Positions 7,003-16,209 of a stretch of 64,000 bases of DNA are shown here, in pieces (position 1 is the stretch's first letter; every line of letters begins with the position of its first letter). The DNA is from Thermoanaerobaculia bacterium (GTDB taxonomy: Bacteria; Acidobacteriota; Thermoanaerobaculia; Gp7-AA8). Made by a program: the position numbers and the translations under genes. The notes below the pieces were generated by a model. That model worked only from the letters and a program-made list of their open reading frames with translations, was not told where the DNA came from and made no database searches. The stretch lies in assembly GCA_035276475.1 (NCBI GenBank), contig DATELQ010000052.1:67-64066 (forward strand), given 5' to 3'.

Positions 7003-9564
7003 GTGAAGAAGCTCCTGCTCTGGCTTGTCATCATTCTCATTCTCATCGTCGCCGGTCTGGCGATCTACTCCCGTTTCCGCAAGCTCTTCCCCGAGCCCAA
7101 CACGCAGAAAGACGAAGCGATGCTCGCCGGCCGCGACGCCAAGAGCATGCCGGGCGCGGACGAGGACTACTACCACGACATGGACTACGGCTTGACCAAC
7201 AACGCCGAGGCCGTGCGCGCGGCGGTCGATCCGTACATCCATGGCATCAGCGCCGCCGACGCCGTCAAAGCCGTCGCCATCGGCCGCAACAACTGGGTCG
7301 TCTGGACCGGCGGCAACGACCGCCTGTGGGACAAGCTCAACGCCTCGAGCGTCGGCAACCTCGACCTCCTGAAGACCATCTCCAACGCCGGCCCGTACAC
7401 GCGCGACAACCGCTGGACGTGGTACGGCCTCGTCAACGAGCCGTGCTACAAGAAAAACACCGCGCCGCGCGCCGACCGCTGGGGCCTCGTCCTCGATGTC
7501 TGGGACGACGCCAACCCCGACTGCAAGACTCACGATCCGTTCGAGAACGAGCAGAAGTACCCGGGCGTGAAGTACGGCGCGCGCGGCACCGGCAAGCTGG
7601 CCCTCGGCTCGTACTACGGCTACGGCACCGGCATCGTCGGACTGCGCCTCTTCCCGAACCCTGCCTTCGACGAGAAGGCGCAGGCGGCGTGGGACGCGAA
7701 GCGCTACTACGACGACCCGAGCTACTACAACCGCGCCGACCTCGTGAAGCCGTACCGCGTCGGCATGTCGTGCGGCTTCTGCCACGTCGGCCCAAACCCG
7801 TCGAATCCTCCGGCCGATCCGGAGAACCCGAAGTGGGAGAACCTCAACAGCAATCCGGGCGCGCAGTACTTCTGGATCTCGCGCATCTTCATGTCGGACT
7901 ACCACAACGTCCAGCAGAGCTTCGTCTGGCAGCTCTTCAACACCTCGCGTCCGGGCGCGCTCGACACCTCGCTCGTCTCCTCCGACGAGATCAACAACCC
8001 GCGCACCATGAACGCCATCTACAACCTGAAGGCGCGCGCGGAGATCGCCACGAAGTGGGGTGCCGAGAAGCTCGCCGGCGGTGGCCTCGACAACAAGCAG
8101 TTCAACGACTACGTCCCGCCGCTTTCGCAGCCCACGCTGCTCACGGCGATGTGGGACAAGGGGACGAACACCGGCCTCACCACGCACGTGCTCAAGGATG
8201 GCGCCGACTCGGTCGGAGCCCTGGGCGCGTTGAACCGCGTCTATCTCAACATCGGTCTCTTCAGCGAAGACTGGACGACGCACTTCATCCCGCTCATCGG
8301 CGGGCCGAAGACGAGCCCGATCGAGATCAAGTACTGCCGCGCCGCGTCGAACTACTGGAACGCGAACGAGCTGCAGACGCCCTACACCGGCCTATTCTTC
8401 ATGGTCACGGCGAAGCCCGACTACCTCGCCAAGGCGCCGGGCGGCTCGGCATTCATGGCCGACGCCGCGCTCGTCCCGCAGGGGAAAGTCGTCTTCGCCG
8501 AGCGCTGCGCGCGCTGCCACTCCAGCAAGCAGCCCGACAAAGTCTTCCAAACCTACTTCAAGGCGGGATGCATCGGCCCCGACTACCTGAAGTGCTGGAA
8601 CGACTACTGGAACTACACGAAAACGCCGGAGTACAAGGCGGCCATCACGGAGATCGTCAACAAGCCGGACTTCCTCGACGACAACTTCCTCTCCACCGAA
8701 GTGCGCGTACCGGTGACGCTCCTCGAGACCAACGCGTGCAGCCCGCTGGCCACCAACGCCATCCGCGGCGACATTTGGGACAACTTCTCCTCCGAGTCGT
8801 ACAAGAACCTCCCCGCCGTCGGCAACGTCACGGTGCACGATCCTTACACCTACCAGCCGAAGGAGTACGCGATGCCGGCGGGCGGCCGCGGCTACACGCG
8901 CCCGGCGTCGCTCATCAGCCTCTGGTCCACCGCGCCGTTCCTGCAGAACAACAGCGTCGGCCACTTCGAGCCGAGCGGCTCGGTCAAGGACCGCATGAGC
9001 TCCTTCGACGACGCCATCCACCAGATGCTCTGGCCGGAGACGCGACTGGCGAACCCGGCAGGGGCGATGTTCGTGACGAAGTCGGGGAAGATGGCGCCGG
9101 GCTGGATCGACACGACCACGGAGCAGAGCCGCCTCAACGTCCCACGCGGCTATCTGCCGCCGCAGCTCGTCGCGGTCGGCACTCCGTTCCGCGGTCTCCT
9201 CGAGAAGTTCTTCCCCAACACCTTCAACAAGGAGGGGCTGAGCATCGGGCCGATCCCGAAGGGAACACCCATCAACCTGCTGTCGAACCTCAACGTCGGG
9301 CCGGACGGCTTCGACGCCACCGTCCCCGTCGTGAAGAAGATGATCAAGGCCTTCAAGTCGCTGCCGCCGAATGCGACGGACGAGCAGGTGCGCGCGACCT
9401 TCAAGCCGCTCGTGCCCGATATGCTGAGCGTCAGCAAGTGCACCGACTTCGTCGTCAACCGCGGCCACTACTTCGGCACCGACTTCCTGCCGGGGAGCGA
9501 AGGTGAGCCGGGCCTGACCGACGATCAGAAGAAGGCGCTCATCGCGTTCCTGAAGACGTTCTGA
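7003..9564 (+). CDS. large di-heme c-type cytochrome (2x CxxCH), N-terminal TM anchor, paralog A
   Basis: GTG start at 7003 follows a GGAGG RBS at 6991-6995. The N-terminus is a TM helix (LLLWLVIILILIVAGLAIY). Heme-binding motifs are 'CGFCH' and 'CARCH', about 250 aa apart. The protein shares long identical blocks with the ORF at 12570..15080. Confidence 0.7.
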   Translation: MKKLLLWLVIILILIVAGLAIYSRFRKLFPEPNTQKDEAMLAGRDAKSMPGADEDYYHDMDYGLTNNAEAVRAAVDPYIHGISAADAVKAVAIGRNNWVVWTGGNDRLWDKLNASSVGNLDLLKTISNAGPYTRDNRWTWYGLVNEPCYKKNTAPRADRWGLVLDVWDDANPDCKTHDPFENEQKYPGVKYGARGTGKLALGSYYGYGTGIVGLRLFPNPAFDEKAQAAWDAKRYYDDPSYYNRADLVKPYRVGMSCGFCHVGPNPSNPPADPENPKWENLNSNPGAQYFWISRIFMSDYHNVQQSFVWQLFNTSRPGALDTSLVSSDEINNPRTMNAIYNLKARAEIATKWGAEKLAGGGLDNKQFNDYVPPLSQPTLLTAMWDKGTNTGLTTHVLKDGADSVGALGALNRVYLNIGLFSEDWTTHFIPLIGGPKTSPIEIKYCRAASNYWNANELQTPYTGLFFMVTAKPDYLAKAPGGSAFMADAALVPQGKVVFAERCARCHSSKQPDKVFQTYFKAGCIGPDYLKCWNDYWNYTKTPEYKAAITEIVNKPDFLDDNFLSTEVRVPVTLLETNACSPLATNAIRGDIWDNFSSESYKNLPAVGNVTVHDPYTYQPKEYAMPAGGRGYTRPASLISLWSTAPFLQNNSVGHFEPSGSVKDRMSSFDDAIHQMLWPETRLANPAGAMFVTKSGKMAPGWIDTTTEQSRLNVPRGYLPPQLVAVGTPFRGLLEKFFPNTFNKEGLSIGPIPKGTPINLLSNLNVGPDGFDATVPVVKKMIKAFKSLPPNATDEQVRATFKPLVPDMLSVSKCTDFVVNRGHYFGTDFLPGSEGEPGLTDDQKKALIAFLKTF

Positions 9565-9575
9565 GGAGGGATCGG

Positions 9576-11435
9576 TTGGAAGAGCGGTCGTACGAATACA
9601 TCGTCGTCGGATCGGGGGCGGGTGGCGGCACGGTCGCCGCCCGCCTCGCGGAGTACGGGCACACGGTGCTGCTGCTCGAAGCGGGCGGCGACCCGAAGAA
9701 GCTCTCCGGCGGCGACCCACCCTACCCGACCGAGAACCGTCTCCCCGACGACTACGACGTCCCCTGCTTCCACGCCTTCGCGTCAGAGAACGACGCCATG
9801 AAGTGGGACTTCTTCGTCCGGCATTACAAGGATGACGCGCTGCAGCGGAAGGACCTGAAGGTCGTGGAGACGCCCGAGGGCCCGCGCATTCTCTACCCGC
9901 GCGCCGGCACCCTCGGCGGCTGCACCGCGCACAACGCGCAGATCACCATCTACCCGCACAACAAAGACTGGGACGACATCGCCCAGCTCACCGGCGACCG
10001 CTCCTGGTCCGCCGGCAACATGCGCAAGTACTTCCAGCGCCTCGAGAACTGCCATCACCGCAAGATCTGGCGCTGGATCTACAACCTCACCCGCATCAAT
10101 CCGACGCGGCACGGCTTTCGCGGCTGGCTCAATACCGAAAAAGCCATTCCCGACGCGGCGGTCGAGGATGAAGACCTCGACAAGTTCCTCATCAAGTCGA
10201 TCGCCGCCTGCGAGAAGAACCTCAACTCCCCCTTCATCGAGCGCCTGAAGTGGTCGCTCCTCGGCAAGGGCGACGCGAACGACTGGCGCCTCGTGCAGGA
10301 GGACTCGACCGGCATCCGCTACATCCCGCTGGCGACGAACAACCACGCCCGCAACAGTCCGCGCGAGCGCGTGCTCGACGTGATGAAGCGGCATCCCGAC
10401 AAACTCTTCGTCGAGCTCGAGGCCCTCGCGGCGCGCGTCCTCTTCGACGACACGAACAAGGCCACCGGCGTGGAGTATCTGAAGGGCGCGCGTCTGTACC
10501 GCGCGTCAAAGGACCCGAACGGCGGCGGTGTGCCGATGAGAGTCACCGCCACGCGCGAAGTCATCCTCGCCGGCGGCGTCTACAACTCCCCGCAGCTCCT
10601 CATGCTCTCGGGCATCGGCCCGCGCGAGCACCTCGCGCACTTCGGCATCGCCTGCCGGCACGACCTCCCCGCCGTCGGCACGAACCTCCAGGACCGCTAC
10701 GAAGTCGGCGTCGTCAACCGCATGAGCTTCCCCGAGTGGTGGCTCCTCAAGGGCGCGAAGTTCCACGCCGGCGATCCGCAGTACAACGAGTGGAAGAACA
10801 AGCGCAACGGCGCCTACATCACCAACGGCGGCGTCGTCGCCGTCATCAAGAAGTCGTTCGACCAACGGCCGCTCCCCGACCTCTTCATCTTCGCCCTTCT
10901 CGGCAAGTTCTACGGCTACTTTCCCCAGTACTCGAAGCAGTTCCTCCCGCCGAACCTCAACTACCTCACCTGGTGCATCCTCAAGGCCCACACGCAGAAC
11001 TGCGCCGGCACGGTAGGGCTGAAGTCCCCCGACCCGCGCGACACGCCCGACATCGACTTCTGCTACTTCCAGGAGGGGACCGACAAGGGCGAGCAGGACC
11101 TCGCCTCCGTTGTGGAGGGCGTGAACTTCGTCCGCTCCGTCACCGCGCCGCTGCGCAAGAAGGGCCTCATCGCCGAGGAGGAGCTGCCGGGCGAGCACGT
11201 CAAGACCCAGGCCGAGATCGCCGACTTCGTCAAGTACAACGCCTGGGGCCATCACGCTTCGTGCACCTGTCCGATCGGCCAGGTCGTCGACAAAGACTTC
11301 CAGGTCTACGGCACGCGCGGGCTGCGCATCGTCGACGCATCGGTGTTCCCGAAGATCCCCGGGTTCTTCATCGTCAGTTCCGTCTACACCATCGGAGAGA
11401 AGGCCGCCGACGTCATTCACGAGGCTGCAAAATGA
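9576..11435 (+). CDS. GMC-family FAD-dependent oxidoreductase
   Basis: The N-terminus '[34 protein letters not shown]' is an FAD Rossmann motif of glucose-methanol-choline oxidoreductases. The length (619 aa) and the C-terminal '[11 protein letters not shown]' are typical of GMC enzymes. An RBS-like 'gaggaggg' precedes the start. Confidence 0.85.
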   Translation: MEERSYEYIVVGSGAGGGTVAARLAEYGHTVLLLEAGGDPKKLSGGDPPYPTENRLPDDYDVPCFHAFASENDAMKWDFFVRHYKDDALQRKDLKVVETPEGPRILYPRAGTLGGCTAHNAQITIYPHNKDWDDIAQLTGDRSWSAGNMRKYFQRLENCHHRKIWRWIYNLTRINPTRHGFRGWLNTEKAIPDAAVEDEDLDKFLIKSIAACEKNLNSPFIERLKWSLLGKGDANDWRLVQEDSTGIRYIPLATNNHARNSPRERVLDVMKRHPDKLFVELEALAARVLFDDTNKATGVEYLKGARLYRASKDPNGGGVPMRVTATREVILAGGVYNSPQLLMLSGIGPREHLAHFGIACRHDLPAVGTNLQDRYEVGVVNRMSFPEWWLLKGAKFHAGDPQYNEWKNKRNGAYITNGGVVAVIKKSFDQRPLPDLFIFALLGKFYGYFPQYSKQFLPPNLNYLTWCILKAHTQNCAGTVGLKSPDPRDTPDIDFCYFQEGTDKGEQDLASVVEGVNFVRSVTAPLRKKGLIAEEELPGEHVKTQAEIADFVKYNAWGHHASCTCPIGQVVDKDFQVYGTRGLRIVDASVFPKIPGFFIVSSVYTIGEKAADVIHEAAK

Positions 11436-12457
11436 GCAATTACGGCATCGAAGGCGTTGTCGACGACGACCGCCGCTACGCCGGCACGCGCTACGCCGAG
11501 GTACGCGACGCGATGTTCGCGAACCCGTACTCGCGTCCCTACCCGATCGCGCCGCTCACGCTGTGGAGTTTGCTGCGCGGCATCCTGCCGTTCGGCCAAC
11601 CGTGGCACTTCCTCGCTGCCGCGCGCCGCACGGTCGCCTCGGAGGCCGAGCTCCGCTGGGGTCCGGACCGCAAAGGCTTTCGCCGCCTCCTCCACCCGAA
11701 CGGCATCTGCATGACCGGCGTGTGGGAGATCACCGAGGAGACGCCGTACAGCGGCTACTTCCGGAAAGGGAGCCGCGCCCTCGTCATGGCGCGCTACTCG
11801 ACGTCTGCGGAGACGCGGCGCGGCAACACGCGCTCCCTGGCGATGGTCGGCCGTGTCTACCCGACCACCGATCCGAACGATCCCCGCCCGCTGCGCAGCG
11901 CCAGCTTCATCACCCAGGAGGACATCGGCGGCGCCTACAGCCGGACGATCAACGAGGCCGTGCTGCGCAACGCCCCGAACGTCACCGCCTCGCGCCGCGG
12001 CTGGGGGGCGCCGGCGTTTGCCGTGACCGGACTCGTTCTCGGCATCGCTGACAAGAAGAACACCATCCGGCAGGTCTACGAGATCGCGGAGCTCGGGAAG
12101 CCCGACGGCGAGCCGACGCGCGCGCCGGAGTTCATGCAGCTCCTCGTCTCGCCCGACCAGCCGGTGATACCAGGCGAGACCCTCGACGTCCGCGACGAGA
12201 TCATGGCCCAGATCTACGAGACGGCGAAGCGGAGCCTGACCTTCCGCATCGAGACCTCGGATACCGGGGTCACGAAAGGACCCGGTTTCTACCAGCGACG
12301 CACGATCACCAACTGGCGGCAGATCGGAACCCTCACGTTCGACGCCGCCGTCGCCTCGTACAACGGCGACCACGTCTTCCACGCGAACCACCCGCCGTGG
12401 CGGCGCGACCGCAACGATCCCTCGACTGCACACCGGCGGCGGCTGTCCGACCGCTGA
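11432..12457 (+). CDS. catalase-related heme protein (mini-catalase / catalase-like peroxidase family)
   Basis: The ATG at 11432 overlaps the GMC stop (ATGA). 'RRLLHPNGICMTGVWEITEETPYSGYF...ALVMARYSTSAETRRGNTRSLA' parallels the catalase core, which runs R-x-x-H-x-x-G (distal His) ... RFSTV-G ... R-D-x-RGFA. Length is 341 aa. The ORF track only shows this frame as part of a spurious long ORF starting at 10250. Confidence 0.5.
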   Translation: MSNYGIEGVVDDDRRYAGTRYAEVRDAMFANPYSRPYPIAPLTLWSLLRGILPFGQPWHFLAAARRTVASEAELRWGPDRKGFRRLLHPNGICMTGVWEITEETPYSGYFRKGSRALVMARYSTSAETRRGNTRSLAMVGRVYPTTDPNDPRPLRSASFITQEDIGGAYSRTINEAVLRNAPNVTASRRGWGAPAFAVTGLVLGIADKKNTIRQVYEIAELGKPDGEPTRAPEFMQLLVSPDQPVIPGETLDVRDEIMAQIYETAKRSLTFRIETSDTGVTKGPGFYQRRTITNWRQIGTLTFDAAVASYNGDHVFHANHPPWRRDRNDPSTAHRRRLSDR

Positions 12458-12569
12458 AACGAATCGTTCTTTGGCGTCACTAAATCTCGTGAAGGGAGGG
12501 TAGGGAAATGCCGTTCCCGCGCCACTCCTATACTGAATTCCGTCTCAAATCGGTCGAAGGAGGGTCACC

Positions 12570-15080
12570 TTGAAGAAGCTCTACTCATGGATTGTCCTCA
12601 TCGCGGTCGTCATGGTCGGGCTCAGTTGCAAGCACGTCCCCGGTCAGCCGCGGCCGAACACGCAGCAGGACGAAGCGATGCGCGCCGGGCGCTCGCCGGA
12701 GAGCCTCAAAGGCTCCGACGACGACTACCTCGGCGACATGGACAACGGCCTGACCCGGGACCCCGAGGCCGCGCGCCGGGAGATGATCCCCTACCTCGGC
12801 CCGAACGTCACCGGCGCCGAGGCCGTGCGCCACATCGCCATCGGCCGGAACAACTGGATCGTCTGGACCGCCGGCAACGACGTCCTGTGGGACCGCCTGA
12901 ACCGCGACAGCAAGGGCGCCCTCGACCTCCTCAAGACGGTCTCGAACCTTCCGAACTACAACCGCAGCAACCGCTGGAACTGGTACGGCCTGGTCAACGA
13001 GCCGTGCTACAAGAAGAACACCGAGCCGCGCGCCGACCGCTGGGGCCTCCGCCTCGACGTCCGCGACCCGAACTGCGCCCCCGACCCGTTCGAGAACGAG
13101 GCGAAATACCCGGGCGTGAAGATCGGCGCGCGCGGCAAGGGGAAGGTCGAAGTCGGCTCCTACTACGGCTACGGCACCGGCATCATGGGGCTGCGGCTCT
13201 TCCCGAATCCCGACTTCGACGAGAAGGCGCAGGCGGCGTGGGACCCGAAGCGCTATTACGAAGATAAGGACTACTACAGCCGCGCCGACCTCATTAAGCC
13301 GTACCGCGTCGGCATGTCGTGCGGCTTCTGCCACGTCGGCCCGAACCCCTCGAACCCGCCGGCGGACCCGGAGAACCCGACCTTCGCGAACCTGAACGGC
13401 AACCCCGGCGCGCAGTACTTCTGGATCTCGCGCATCTTCATGTTCGATCAGGATAAGTCGAGCTTCGTCTGGCAGCTCTTCAACACCTCGCGTCCGGGCG
13501 CGCTCGACACGTCGCTCGTCTCCTCCGACGAGATCAACAACCCGCGCACCATGAACGCGGTCTACAACCTCCACGCGCGCCTGATGCTCGGGTACAAGTA
13601 CGGCGCGGAGAAGCTCGCCGCCGGCGGCAGCGCGAACAACAAGCAGCTCAACGACTACGCCCCGCCGCTGACGGACCTGGTCAAGTCCTTCTATGACCCG
13701 AAGACGACCACGGCGTACACCACGCACGTCCTCAAGGACGGCGCGGACTCGGTCGGCGCCTTGGGCGCGCTCAACCGCGTCTACCTCAACATCGGTCTCT
13801 TCAGCGAGGACTGGATGACGCACTTCATCCCGCTCGTCGGCGGGCCGATCACCAGTCCGATCGAGATCGCCTACTGCCGCAAGGCCTCGAATTACTGGAA
13901 CGCGAACGAGATGCAGACGCCCGACGTGGCCCTTTACTTCCTCGCCACAGCGAAGCCCGACTACCTCGCCAAGGCGCCGGGCCACGAGAAGTACCTCGCC
14001 GACGACTACCTCGTCCCCCGCGGCAAGGAAGTCTTCGCCGAGCGCTGCGCGCGCTGCCACTCCAGCAAATTGCCGGAGAAGGTCGCCACGAATTACATGA
14101 AGCCCGGCTGCATCGGCGCGAATTACCTGAAGTGCTGGGACGACTACTGGGCTTACACCAAGACCGCCGAGTTCAAGAACGAGATGAAGGAGATCGTCAG
14201 CCGGCCGGACTTCCTCGACGACAACTACCTCTCGACAGAGTTCCGCGTCCCGGTGACGCTCATGGAGACCAACGCCTGCAGCCCGCTGGCGACGAACGCC
14301 CTCGCCGGCGACATCTGGGACAACTTCTCCTCGCAGTCGTACAAGGAGCTCCCCGCGGTCGGCACGATCACCGTGCACGACCCGTACACCTACGAGCCGA
14401 AGCAGTACACGATGCCCGGCGGCGGCCGCGGCTACACGCGTCCGGCGTCGCTGATCAGCCTCTGGTCGACCGCGCCGTTCATGCAGAACAACAGCGTCGG
14501 TCCGTTCATGTGGACCGGCTCCGTCGCCGACCGTATGACGTCGTTCGACGAGTCGATCAACCAGATGCTCTGGCCGGAGCGGCGCAAGTCGAACCCGCCG
14601 GGGGCGATGTTCGTGACGAAGTCCGGGAAGATGGCGCCGGGGTGGATCGACACGACCACCGAGCCGAGCTACCTCCGCCTCACGCCGGGCTATCTGAAGG
14701 GCGGTGAGCGCCTTCTGCTCAAGACGTTCTCCGACTACTACGACGACACGAACGGCCTGGTTGTCGGCCCGATCCCGCAGGGAACGCCGATCAACCTCCT
14801 GGCAAACCTGAACGTCGACCCGCAGGGCTTCTCCGAGACGAAGTGGGTCGTGCTGAAAATGTTGAAGGCGCTGCCGAAGGGCGGACACCCGACCGAGGAT
14901 GAGATGCGCACTGCGTTCAAGCCGCTCGTCCCCGACATGCTCCGCGTCAGCAAGTGCACCGACTTCGTGGTCAACCGCGGCCACTACTTCGGCACCGACT
15001 TCCTCCCCTCCTCGGAAGGCGAGGCGGGGCTGAGCGACGCCGACAAGAACGCCCTTATCGCCTACCTCAAGCGCTTCTAG
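12570..15080 (+). CDS. large di-heme c-type cytochrome (2x CxxCH), paralog B
   Basis: TTG start at 12570 follows a 'gaaggaggg' RBS. An N-terminal TM helix is present and 'CGFCH' and 'CARCH' are conserved. Extensive identity to paralog A, for example 'YRVGMSCGFCHVGPNPSNPPADPENP' is identical in both. Confidence 0.7.
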   Translation: MKKLYSWIVLIAVVMVGLSCKHVPGQPRPNTQQDEAMRAGRSPESLKGSDDDYLGDMDNGLTRDPEAARREMIPYLGPNVTGAEAVRHIAIGRNNWIVWTAGNDVLWDRLNRDSKGALDLLKTVSNLPNYNRSNRWNWYGLVNEPCYKKNTEPRADRWGLRLDVRDPNCAPDPFENEAKYPGVKIGARGKGKVEVGSYYGYGTGIMGLRLFPNPDFDEKAQAAWDPKRYYEDKDYYSRADLIKPYRVGMSCGFCHVGPNPSNPPADPENPTFANLNGNPGAQYFWISRIFMFDQDKSSFVWQLFNTSRPGALDTSLVSSDEINNPRTMNAVYNLHARLMLGYKYGAEKLAAGGSANNKQLNDYAPPLTDLVKSFYDPKTTTAYTTHVLKDGADSVGALGALNRVYLNIGLFSEDWMTHFIPLVGGPITSPIEIAYCRKASNYWNANEMQTPDVALYFLATAKPDYLAKAPGHEKYLADDYLVPRGKEVFAERCARCHSSKLPEKVATNYMKPGCIGANYLKCWDDYWAYTKTAEFKNEMKEIVSRPDFLDDNYLSTEFRVPVTLMETNACSPLATNALAGDIWDNFSSQSYKELPAVGTITVHDPYTYEPKQYTMPGGGRGYTRPASLISLWSTAPFMQNNSVGPFMWTGSVADRMTSFDESINQMLWPERRKSNPPGAMFVTKSGKMAPGWIDTTTEPSYLRLTPGYLKGGERLLLKTFSDYYDDTNGLVVGPIPQGTPINLLANLNVDPQGFSETKWVVLKMLKALPKGGHPTEDEMRTAFKPLVPDMLRVSKCTDFVVNRGHYFGTDFLPSSEGEAGLSDADKNALIAYLKRF

Positions 15081-15089
15081 TTTCGCCGG

Positions 15090-15118
15090 CGGGTCGTGGG
15101 TCAGAACCCCACGACCCG
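15090..15118. terminator. bidirectional stem-loop between convergent cytochrome and hupE-like genes
   Basis: 'gggtcgtggg tcagaac cccacgaccc' is a 10-bp perfect stem at 15091-15100 / 15108-15117, placed right after the cytochrome stop and across the hupE-like stop. There is no clear U-tract. Confidence 0.4.
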
Positions 15119-16195
15119 CTGCAGCGTCCAGAACACTCCGGTCGCGGCAATCATCATCGAGGCCGGCACGACGAAGCGCGGACGGTACCAGTCGCGCTGC
15201 CGGAACCAAGCCGCCACCAGCAGATAGGCGGTGACGACGACGGCGAGCTGCGCGAGCTCGATGCCGACGTTGAAGCTGACGAGCGCCGGCACGAACTCGC
15301 CGCGCGGGAGCTGCAGCTCGCGCAGGACGCCGGCGAAGCCCATGCCGTGCAGCAGGCCGAAGGCGAAGACGACGGCGGGGCGCCACGGCTTGAGCTCCGT
15401 CGTGACGACGTTCTCGACGGCAACGTAGGCGATGGAGATGGCGATGAGCGGCTCGACGATGCGCGACGGCAGCGAGACGACGCCGTACATCGTCAGCCCA
15501 AGGGTGATGGAGTGCGCGATCGTGAACGCCGTGACCTGCGTGAGGATCGGCCGCAGCCGCGTGGTCAGAAGAAAAATGCCGAGGATGAAAAGGATGTGGT
15601 CGAGCCCCCGCGGGAGGATGTGCTGAAAGCCGAGGACGAGGTACTGCTGGATCACGTGCGCCCGCGTCGGCGGCGCCGTTCGGGCGAGCGGTAGGGGCGC
15701 ACAGCGTGCGCCCCCCTCGACCCAAATCGTCCTCTCATCGAGCGTCAGCGCATACGTCGCATACGTCAGCCCGTACTCAAAGGTGACCGTCCGCGCGTTC
15801 GCCGGCACCGCCCCCGTCGCGTTCAGCACGACAAACGCCGGCCGGCTGACATCGGACGGGACCTCCAGCGCCGCAATCGCGACGTGCGCCGGCGAGGCCA
15901 CGCCATCGAACCGCACGTCGATCTCCCGCCCCACCCCTGGCAACAGCGGCGTGAGCCTCGCCCGCAGCGCCGCCGCGTCGAGCGCGCCGCTGCGCGGCTG
16001 CCCGGCGGCCACTTCGAGCTTATTGAGGAGCGACAGCGGCGCCGTCGTGATCGTCGCCGTCCAGGTCTGCCCCACGGACAGCCGCACCTGCGTCGTCCCG
16101 ATCTCGTGCGCCTGCGCGGCGCCGGCGATCAGGAGCAGCAGCAGGAATCGCTTCACGCCAGATATACGGTGGCAACGGCGGAACTGGATTCGCAT
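15101..16195 (-). CDS. HupE/UreJ-family membrane protein (putative Ni/Co transporter-like) with extra N-terminal periplasmic domain
   Basis: The C-terminal half has multiple TM helices with His-containing HupE/UreJ_2-like motifs: 'LDHILFILGIFLL', 'FTIAHSITLGL', 'GLLHGMGFAGVL' and 'NVGIELAQL'. The start is uncertain. It is either Met 16195, only 14 bp from the divergent amine oxidase start, or GTG 16155 giving a VKRFLLLLL signal peptide. Confidence 0.6.
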   Translation of the reverse strand: MRIQFRRCHRISGVKRFLLLLLIAGAAQAHEIGTTQVRLSVGQTWTATITTAPLSLLNKLEVAAGQPRSGALDAAALRARLTPLLPGVGREIDVRFDGVASPAHVAIAALEVPSDVSRPAFVVLNATGAVPANARTVTFEYGLTYATYALTLDERTIWVEGGARCAPLPLARTAPPTRAHVIQQYLVLGFQHILPRGLDHILFILGIFLLTTRLRPILTQVTAFTIAHSITLGLTMYGVVSLPSRIVEPLIAISIAYVAVENVVTTELKPWRPAVVFAFGLLHGMGFAGVLRELQLPRGEFVPALVSFNVGIELAQLAVVVTAYLLVAAWFRQRDWYRPRFVVPASMMIAATGVFWTLQRVVGF

Positions 16196-16209
16196 TACAT
16201 TCGAGCCGT

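Noticed and set aside
6700-8283. 527-aa minus-strand ORF antisense to the first cytochrome gene, plus 726-aa plus-strand alternative-frame ORF 7326..9506
   Set aside because: Both overlap the supported cytochrome reading frame and have R/G/A-rich composition typical of GC-rich frame artefacts.
12585-15725. 1046-aa minus-strand ORF antisense to the second di-heme cytochrome gene
   Set aside because: It is antisense to a gene with strong evidence (RBS, TM helix, two CxxCH, paralog conservation). It is low-complexity Arg/Ala/Gly-rich with no motifs.
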